This document shows positions 5,601 to 12,444 of a DNA stretch of 44,186 nucleotides, piece by piece (position 1 is the first letter of the stretch; each line of letters begins with the position of its first letter). The notes under the pieces were generated by a model. It was not told the origin of the DNA. It saw only the letters and a program-made list of their open reading frames with translations, and ran no database searches. The position numbers were made by a program, and so were the translations under genes. Source of the DNA: Patescibacteria group bacterium (GTDB taxonomy: Bacteria > Patescibacteriota > Gracilibacteria > UM-FILTER-43-11); the NCBI GenBank assembly GCA_029260985.1, contig JAJDCE010000123.1, positions 1-44,186 of the forward strand. Reading direction: 5' to 3'.

Positions 5601-7973
5601 TTATGCCGCCTCATCTTGCCGCCTCAGATAAGATGGCAGAAACAAAGGTGCCTTAAGACCTTTAACTTTCTTTGCAATATCCAGATCAGCCAGGTTGATT
5701 TTACCGATGTATAGATCTCGAAGGTCGCCGCCTTTTTGAATAAAATCCAGTATCTCCCGATAGCCTTTAAAGTAAACAAAATCTTTCGTGAAGGCTCCAG
5801 GCTTTGAAGTGTCCGAAAGTCCACGTTTAGCTTTTAAAGCGACTTTCCAGGCCCGATCGACACTGAACCCATGCTTAATAATCTCCGCGTAAACATCCGC
5901 AAAGGAGCCGTGCAATGCAGTGTAAATCCCCACAACCGAAGACGCAGGCCAGTATTTCTTTTCAGTCTCACTCGATTCAGTCCGCTCTTGGTTATAAACC
6001 GCGAGCCCCTCTTCAGTCATCAAATAGTCCGCCAAGCCCCGTTGAAAAATCTTATAGGGCTGCTGGCTACCGTTCATAGCCGTAAATACGTGGGTTTCAA
6101 TTTCATGTGCGATGGTTCCCTTAATCCTGTCCTCAGAAAACGTAGCCCCCTCCCGGAGCATTACCGAATTTTCCTTACCGGCAATCGCATCAGAAACCAT
6201 ATCCGCTTTAATTTTTACGCTCCAGCCTTTTAGTCCGTTGTCCTCAATCGCTTGTTCAAATAACTTCTTAGCCTCTTTGGTGCTTAGAATTTTTGAAGTG
6301 CTGGGGAAGCTCTCGGGCATAGATACGATTTCCTTCACTGCCTCCCGTAAAATATGCTGATCAGGCGCTCCATATAAATGAATTGATTTTGCTGTAAAAG
6401 AATCCGAACCTCTCACTTCTAATAATTCAATTTTTCGCTTAATTTCATCAACTTTTTTACGCCACAAAATTCCAATAGGAGAATCGGGATATTCGATACG
6501 CTTGAGACGTGCATAAAGATTATTGGGGTCAAATTTCAACGCATTGTATTCAAATTGAGGATTGTAGGTCGGATCGACTAGAAACTTATTGTGCTCATCC
6601 TTTAAATTGGTTGGCTTTAAGTGATTGAGCAGTCTGATTTCACCATCAATTGCCACGATTTCATCATCAATCTTCTGTAAATCATCGGCTGAAAAATGAC
6701 GCACAATATGAGCCACGCTGGAAGAGTCTTTGCCCGCTTTTTCAGCCGCCATATGTCTGGTGGGATCAATGAGAAAATTTCTAAGATCCCGCTGGCCGAT
6801 AAGCATTTTATATTTTTTACCCCTAAAGTTTTCCGTATCAACAACAGTCTGAATACGGCTCCCCGACAGGCTGAATTTACAATAGCCATCATCTAACTTA
6901 ATTTCTTCCGCTACCGATTGATCCAAAACCGATTTTTCAATAGTAGGATCCATCTGAGCGATGATTTTCTTATTCCCTTTTTTACCAATTACCTCAATCC
7001 GTTCCAGATTTCCGATCACGGGCTTTTGAGGAGTTTTTTCCTCATCTTTATCTTCGATCTTATGACCAAAAATATCCTGCGCAATCCGAACTCCCTTTTC
7101 AGGTGTCGCCACTTTTATTCCTTCAATTCTTTCCAGTCGTTTTCGTAAGGGGGCCATATTGGCAATTTGCACCGCAAGCCCGGCACGGGCATTGATTTCC
7201 AAGAGAATTGGACCGCTTTTATCCAGAGCAATATCAATAGCCGCAAAACCCAGGTTGGTGATTTGCTGCACTCTTGAGGTGATGAGAAGAATGTCATCCC
7301 AATGAGGAATTTTCGTACCTCGTACAGGGCCATAGCCCGGAACACTATCAATTTCTTTATTGTATTGAGTCACATGGGTCATTTCCCCTTTGGCAATATC
7401 AATTCCAACCGCAACCCCTCCTAAATGCACATTGGCCTTACCTTGTGACTCCTCGGTAGGTAGACGGATCATCGCCATCACCGGAATGAGATTGTGAGCT
7501 ACAATTCGTAAATCCGGTAACCCCTTATAAGACATCTTATTAAAAGGTTCAGGCGCTTCCAGTCGCTGTTCAAAAAAAGCAAAATCAGAAATATTAGCCA
7601 GTGAATAACGGCCATCTAGAATATCCTGAACATGCCGCTGCATTGCTTCAAGGCTTACAATATCACCATTTGGGCTCACAAAATTGCGCCCTTTCCGATC
7701 AGAAATCACCAAAATCCCTTCACCTCCATAACCGGAGTTTGGCTTAACAACAAATGAGTTGGGGAGTGTGTTCCAGTCAAAACTTTTTAACTCCTTTTTG
7801 TCCTGGATAGAACCAAAGAGTTTAGCCACAGGAATTCCTCGGGCCGATAGAAAATTTTTGGTTTTCATCTTACTATCCGCCATCATAATGGCTTTTTTTG
7901 GGTTATACGCTCTGATGTATTTCAGGCTCCGGGCGTTGATCCCGAGCAGACCTGGATTATGTAAAAACCACAT
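5601..7973 (-). CDS. Fusion protein: RimK-related (alpha-L-glutamate-ligase-like) ATP-grasp domain plus a DUF1704/QEGLA-motif (MATCAP-like) metallopeptidase domain
   Basis: 790 aa. N-terminal motifs: GINARSLKYIRAYNP, FVVKPNSGYGGEGILV, MIRLPTEESQGKANVHLGG, ILLEINARAGL. C-terminal motifs: HEIETH (plus-strand 6090-6107) followed by TEEGLAVYNQ. Confidence 0.75.
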   Translation of the reverse strand: MWFLHNPGLLGINARSLKYIRAYNPKKAIMMADSKMKTKNFLSARGIPVAKLFGSIQDKKELKSFDWNTLPNSFVVKPNSGYGGEGILVISDRKGRNFVSPNGDIVSLEAMQRHVQDILDGRYSLANISDFAFFEQRLEAPEPFNKMSYKGLPDLRIVAHNLIPVMAMIRLPTEESQGKANVHLGGVAVGIDIAKGEMTHVTQYNKEIDSVPGYGPVRGTKIPHWDDILLITSRVQQITNLGFAAIDIALDKSGPILLEINARAGLAVQIANMAPLRKRLERIEGIKVATPEKGVRIAQDIFGHKIEDKDEEKTPQKPVIGNLERIEVIGKKGNKKIIAQMDPTIEKSVLDQSVAEEIKLDDGYCKFSLSGSRIQTVVDTENFRGKKYKMLIGQRDLRNFLIDPTRHMAAEKAGKDSSSVAHIVRHFSADDLQKIDDEIVAIDGEIRLLNHLKPTNLKDEHNKFLVDPTYNPQFEYNALKFDPNNLYARLKRIEYPDSPIGILWRKKVDEIKRKIELLEVRGSDSFTAKSIHLYGAPDQHILREAVKEIVSMPESFPSTSKILSTKEAKKLFEQAIEDNGLKGWSVKIKADMVSDAIAGKENSVMLREGATFSEDRIKGTIAHEIETHVFTAMNGSQQPYKIFQRGLADYLMTEEGLAVYNQERTESSETEKKYWPASSVVGIYTALHGSFADVYAEIIKHGFSVDRAWKVALKAKRGLSDTSKPGAFTKDFVYFKGYREILDFIQKGGDLRDLYIGKINLADLDIAKKVKGLKAPLFLPSYLRRQDEAA

Positions 7974-7980
7974 ATTAATT

Positions 7981-8008
7981 TCAGATTTCAGATTTCAGAT
8001 TTCAGATT
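7981..8008. repeat. Heptamer tandem repeat (TCAGATT)x4, directly upstream of the ATP-grasp gene start
   Basis: Four perfect 7-nt units at 7981-8008. The gene's ATG is at 7973. Confidence 0.9.
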
Positions 8009-8046
8009 TTGTATTCAATTTAGCATTTATACATTTGACATTTGAT

Positions 8047-8074
8047 TCAGAAATCAGAAATGCGAAATGCGAAT
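8047..8074. repeat. Heptamer tandem repeat (TCAGAAA)x2 (TGCGAAA)(TGCGAAT)
   Basis: Four 7-nt units, partly complementary (GAAATC vs GATTTC) to the 7981-8008 array. The spacer between the arrays also shows ACATTTG x2. Confidence 0.85.
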
Positions 8075-8075
8075 T

Positions 8076-8110
8076 CTGAAGAATAATTTTCTCTGAAAAT
8101 TATTCTTCAG
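8076..8110 (-). terminator. Perfect 15-bp inverted repeat overlapping the stop codon of the 7TM gene; putative terminator or attenuator
   Basis: CTGAAGAATAATTTT (8076-8090), loop CTCTG, AAAATTATTCTTCAG (8096-8110). On the minus strand the stem is followed by an A/T-rich tract. Confidence 0.5.
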
Positions 8111-9605
8111 CGTGTTTCATCACCTCCCTAAACCGAATGTATTCAAATACCCGAAGGCCAGTCCATCGGCCCAGACCGAGATTCACTACAATAAGTAATA
8201 AAATGATCTCAGGATAACTCAAAATCAGATTCTGTAGGAATTGCCACTCAACCACCCAGTAACAAATCAGCGATACAATGGTGGTTTCAAGCATTAGTAG
8301 TACGGCGGCAAAGACCCCTTTTCCGCTTTGGGCGCTCACAAATTTTTCAGCCAGCGTCGTCATAATAAGCATCGGGAATACCGCGATAGTCGCCAGTTCA
8401 CTAACTCCCAAATAAGTAGCCAAAGCCAACATCAAAAGGAGGATCAAAGTCGAAATGGTAAAAACAATGGCAATACGCGGTATATGAAGCAGCCGTACAT
8501 GCATCAAGGCCTTCCGAAGTACTGCTCCGGTAAGAATGATAATAACCAAAATCAAAAGACCGAATTTAAGACCAAGGGCTAAAAACGACAAGGTGATAAT
8601 TGCTGGAGTATAAAGTCCAAAAGTTGTGATCCCAACCACCTGCTTTAAAAAAGAAATGATAGTAGCGATCACAGGTAGCATCAGAAGAAGTACAATCGTA
8701 TTACTTGGAATTCCCTGAGCCAACATGAAATTAACCAGGTATGAAATGGAATTCCACACACTGACACTCCGAGTGTCTTTATCAATAATCAGATATTCCG
8801 ACACCCCTACTTTCAGGTCATTAACAAATGCATCAGTGTCTTTAGCTTTCACTAAATCCTCTAATTTATGTTTTCGGGTCAGTACAATTTGCTTGGGCTG
8901 AACAATGTCAAAATTACTCTGCATAATACGCCCCACCGTTTTGAGATTTTCATTTGAGGTTACCACAATGGTTTTACCCTGAATATATTCCTGAATAGTA
9001 GGTCGCTCCCTCACTAAACGAGTAAGAGCATTGATCCCACTCCCACGATTCGTCCAGACCGCAATCGTATCCGCATTGCTGATCACATCCACTTGATCGG
9101 CCAGTTTTTTAGTCAGATTCTCTTCCGACAAGAAGGCGGTAGTGCTCTCATAGCTTTCAATAACCCGTATAAAGGTTCCTTCGTCTCTGGCTTTTTTTGT
9201 AAGATTATCAATGCTCTGCTTTTGCTCAGTAATATCTGTAAGAAGCAGAATCAGCTTTTCATAGACAAAAATATCCCGGGCAATCGATGAGGACTCAGTG
9301 CCCTGATCCACTTTTAAAGTGACAAGATACTCACCAGGTTCAGAAAACGAATGAACCACTTCAACTCCCGTCTTTGTTTCAGCCCCATCTCCAAAATCCC
9401 ATGTGTAGGTAGCCTCAATATCTTCTGCAGGCAGAAATGATTGGGAGGCATCCAGAATAATACTCTTATCAACTTGCACAATGCTGTCCGCATTGATCAC
9501 CGCCCGAATATCATTGAGATCAAACGTTACCGCCGCCGAAGCAAACTGTGGCAGAAGAAGTAAGGCCGTGAGAAAGGAAAGGAAAAACTTTTTCATAATA
9601 GTCAT
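8100..9605 (-). CDS. Secreted PKD-domain protein with a C-terminal 7-TM module (7TM_transglut-like)
   Basis: 501 aa. Signal peptide LLLPQFASA. PKD motif ATYTWDFGDGAETKTGVEVVHSFSEPGEYLVTLKV. About seven hydrophobic helices from residue ~300 (VVGITTFGLYTPAIITLSFLALG...). Ends ...KHAEE. Confidence 0.7.
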   Translation of the reverse strand: MTIMKKFFLSFLTALLLLPQFASAAVTFDLNDIRAVINADSIVQVDKSIILDASQSFLPAEDIEATYTWDFGDGAETKTGVEVVHSFSEPGEYLVTLKVDQGTESSSIARDIFVYEKLILLLTDITEQKQSIDNLTKKARDEGTFIRVIESYESTTAFLSEENLTKKLADQVDVISNADTIAVWTNRGSGINALTRLVRERPTIQEYIQGKTIVVTSNENLKTVGRIMQSNFDIVQPKQIVLTRKHKLEDLVKAKDTDAFVNDLKVGVSEYLIIDKDTRSVSVWNSISYLVNFMLAQGIPSNTIVLLLMLPVIATIISFLKQVVGITTFGLYTPAIITLSFLALGLKFGLLILVIIILTGAVLRKALMHVRLLHIPRIAIVFTISTLILLLMLALATYLGVSELATIAVFPMLIMTTLAEKFVSAQSGKGVFAAVLLMLETTIVSLICYWVVEWQFLQNLILSYPEIILLLIVVNLGLGRWTGLRVFEYIRFREVMKHAEE

Positions 9606-9640
9606 TAATTTGTGTAGGCATTCTATCAGAAATTACGAAC

Positions 9641-9661
9641 TTAGTCCCTAGTCCTTAGTCC
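9641..9661. repeat. Heptamer tandem repeat TTAGTCC/CTAGTCC/TTAGTCC
   Basis: Three 7-nt units in the 59-nt spacer between the VirD4-like gene stop (9665) and the 7TM gene start (9605). Confidence 0.85.
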
Positions 9662-9664
9662 TAA

Positions 9665-12211
9665 TTAGATAATTCCAAGTCGAGCTTCAATTTCCTGATC
9701 CACAAACATCTTTTTTCGTCCGTATTTCATTCGTGAATATTTCTTTAAAATCTCCGCCATTTTATCGCTTCCTTGAGGGTCCCAAATTGTCTTGAGAGAA
9801 AAGGGCCTTGAAGTGGTATTGTTTATATTCAATTTGATATAAGCGCTATAGTTGGCAATTCCCAAAATATCCTGTTGCGATAGTAAGGGGGCATATTCTT
9901 TTGCAAGATATTCCGCGTCATCCGCACCCACCTTAAAACTAAGCATGGTACCCACGTTACCAAACACCGCGTCGCGCACTCTTGTATCATCTTTACCACT
10001 CGGTGTTTTAGTCAGTTGCGCAATATACTGATGCGCCATGATGAGCGAAAGGCGGTACTTACGGGCTTCCGATAAAATTGAGGCGAAGGTATCAGTGGCA
10101 AAATTCTGAAATTCATCCACATACATATAAAAGTCTTTTCGTTCTTCTTTAGGTATCTCTTGCCGGCCCATAGCGGCCATATTCACCTTATTAACAAAAA
10201 TCAGTCCTAAAAGCTGAGCATTTACATCGCCAATTTTACCTTTCGAAAGATTCACCAGAAGAATCTTCTGATTATCCATAATGTCTCGTATATTAAAGGC
10301 GCTTTTGGGCTGACCAATAATGTTACGAATCGTGGTATTGGTGATAAACGGACCAAATTTAGAACTGAAATACGGGATCATTTCTTGTTTTTCACGCTCA
10401 CCGGTGTTGGCATATTCATGATCCCAGAACGACTTAACCACCGCGTTGCTCACTTTCTCGAGCTTATATTTGCGGAATTCATCGTCCACAAAGATTCGGG
10501 GAACATCAATGAGTGTCGCCCCTTCATCTTCATCTTCCATCAGGGTCAAACAGGCATTCCGAAAGTAATGCTGGATACGAGGCCCGAAGATTTCATCTCC
10601 AAACAATTTGATAAAGATTTCCATCGCATCTAACGAGGCCCGATCTCTCTCCTCCGGCGTATGAGCTTCCAATAAATTAAGCCCCATGGGCCGGTCAGCA
10701 TCTGACGGATCAAATACCACAATGTCTTTGGCACGCTCTTTTTGTACAATTTTAAGAGTATCTTCCACCAGGTCGCCATGCGGATCAATCAGACAGATAC
10801 CATCTCCATTCCAAATATCCTGACGAGCCATGTAACTGAGAAGAACTGACTTACCGGAACCGGATTTCCCGATAATATACTGATGCCTCGTCCGGTCATC
10901 GGCCATAATACGCACTTCCCGCTCTTCACCCCGGTAAACATTCTTCCCAATCACAACCCCTTCCTGCGGAAGGTCAGTCGGTGGCGCAAGTACTTTGTAC
11001 GCAAGCCATTTAATAATCGGCACATTGTTATACCGCGAATCCGGGAAGTGGATGACGGAGGCAAGTTCGGTTTGAGTGAACAAGTTCTGCTTATGAAGAA
11101 TTCCAGGTATTCGTTTACGGAACAGATACTTCATCAAAGGATTATTGACTCGATCCATTGGGAAAATTCGTCGCCCCTGAAAAGCGTTTAAATAAGCATC
11201 GTGATAAATGCTAAACGCTACATTCAAATTATTTGTAATTTCAACCGCCCGCTGAGTCGTGTCAGCAACCCCAAATACCCGAATAGACGTATCAAAACCT
11301 ACTTCACCGGCTTTTTCACCAATTTTTTTATAGGCCTCTTCCTTAGCCGCCAGCATACGAATATAGGCATCACCGGAGCTCGCGCCAGGCGCACTGGTTG
11401 CCCCTTTGCCGATAGGCGCCATGAATCGGATTGCATTGATCAGTAAGCCCAGGATCGGACCTATCAATGGAATAGGTATTTTAATCGGCAATCTTTCTTT
11501 TTTAAAGAGCGCTGTACCCATCCGTTCGGTTTTGCGTCTCCACTTATTATTCGCCACTGGGTTAATAATCATCTGCATACAGGCTTTCTCACCCGTTTTA
11601 AGCTTAGAAAGCACATTGGCCATGTCATTCAGCGGATCCTGCTCCATCACTTTATAAGTATGAATCGGGAACCAGAAGTCCTTTTTGGTATACATAAAAT
11701 AGCCTCGCACCTTCTTGCCCTTTTCAAACAATTCATAAGATTTATCCAGAATTTTTATATCCGCATCTTTGTAAAACGAAGTAACCTGTTTTTCCAGTAT
11801 GTTTTGATAAAATTTATCAGCGACTACATAAAAACCGAGTTCATGATTTTCCAAAAATAACTCAAATGAGATGTTATCGGCCTGCCAGATCTTGGTTTTG
11901 ATCGTATTCCACAAATTTAGCTCCCGAATTTCATATAAAGCCCTGTAAAGCTGGGCCATAATAGCCACCTTTTCCTTAAAATCCTTCTCCGTCCGCTGTT
12001 CCTGATCCATCTTGGAGTCACTCCGAGGCAGCGTCACTTTCATATAAATCAGGTTTTTAGCCGATTTATGAGAATAGATAAGCCTTGCGAGCTTAAATAA
12101 ATACTTCAAACCATACCAAGACACAAAAACGATAATAAGCGTCGTGAGTCCATGGTTTTTCAACCAATCAAGTACTAGAGGGACGTATTGTAAGTATTTT
12201 TCAAAATCCAC
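9665..12211 (-). CDS. VirD4/TraG/TraD-like (FtsK-HerA superfamily) ATPase with an N-terminal membrane anchor
   Basis: 848 aa, with a GTG start at 12211. TM helix LTTLIIVFVSWYGL. Walker A GKSGSGKS. Walker B and TraG-D_C-like segment FYMYVDEFQNFATDTFASILSEARKYRLSLIMAHQYIAQL. Confidence 0.75.
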   Translation of the reverse strand: MDFEKYLQYVPLVLDWLKNHGLTTLIIVFVSWYGLKYLFKLARLIYSHKSAKNLIYMKVTLPRSDSKMDQEQRTEKDFKEKVAIMAQLYRALYEIRELNLWNTIKTKIWQADNISFELFLENHELGFYVVADKFYQNILEKQVTSFYKDADIKILDKSYELFEKGKKVRGYFMYTKKDFWFPIHTYKVMEQDPLNDMANVLSKLKTGEKACMQMIINPVANNKWRRKTERMGTALFKKERLPIKIPIPLIGPILGLLINAIRFMAPIGKGATSAPGASSGDAYIRMLAAKEEAYKKIGEKAGEVGFDTSIRVFGVADTTQRAVEITNNLNVAFSIYHDAYLNAFQGRRIFPMDRVNNPLMKYLFRKRIPGILHKQNLFTQTELASVIHFPDSRYNNVPIIKWLAYKVLAPPTDLPQEGVVIGKNVYRGEEREVRIMADDRTRHQYIIGKSGSGKSVLLSYMARQDIWNGDGICLIDPHGDLVEDTLKIVQKERAKDIVVFDPSDADRPMGLNLLEAHTPEERDRASLDAMEIFIKLFGDEIFGPRIQHYFRNACLTLMEDEDEGATLIDVPRIFVDDEFRKYKLEKVSNAVVKSFWDHEYANTGEREKQEMIPYFSSKFGPFITNTTIRNIIGQPKSAFNIRDIMDNQKILLVNLSKGKIGDVNAQLLGLIFVNKVNMAAMGRQEIPKEERKDFYMYVDEFQNFATDTFASILSEARKYRLSLIMAHQYIAQLTKTPSGKDDTRVRDAVFGNVGTMLSFKVGADDAEYLAKEYAPLLSQQDILGIANYSAYIKLNINNTTSRPFSLKTIWDPQGSDKMAEILKKYSRMKYGRKKMFVDQEIEARLGII

Positions 12212-12308
12212 TTAGTTTTAGTTTGGAGTCGGGAGTTTGGAGTCGGGAGTTTCGGTTGTAAGTTGTGTATTTACAACTCCGAACTCCCTTCTCCGAACTC
12301 CTAACTAA
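12212..12308. repeat. ~97-nt imperfect long hairpin built from 14-nt tandem duplications
   Basis: GGAGTCGGGAGTTT x2 (12225-12252), central hairpin TTGTAA-GTTGTGTAT-TTACAA (12256-12276), complementary CTCCGAACTCCCTT/CTCCGAACTCCTAA (12277-12304), outer TTAGTT/AACTAA. It abuts the GTG start of the VirD4-like gene. Confidence 0.8.
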
Positions 12309-12444
12309 ATTAATCTATATATTATAGCATTTTTTCTCTCTGAAAACAAGGGTTATTATCTCCGAAACCTCCATTCGACCTGTCGGAACTTGCCAAAACA
12401 ATGGTTCCTCAGTTATTATCCCTTACTGACTGACACTAAAAACC

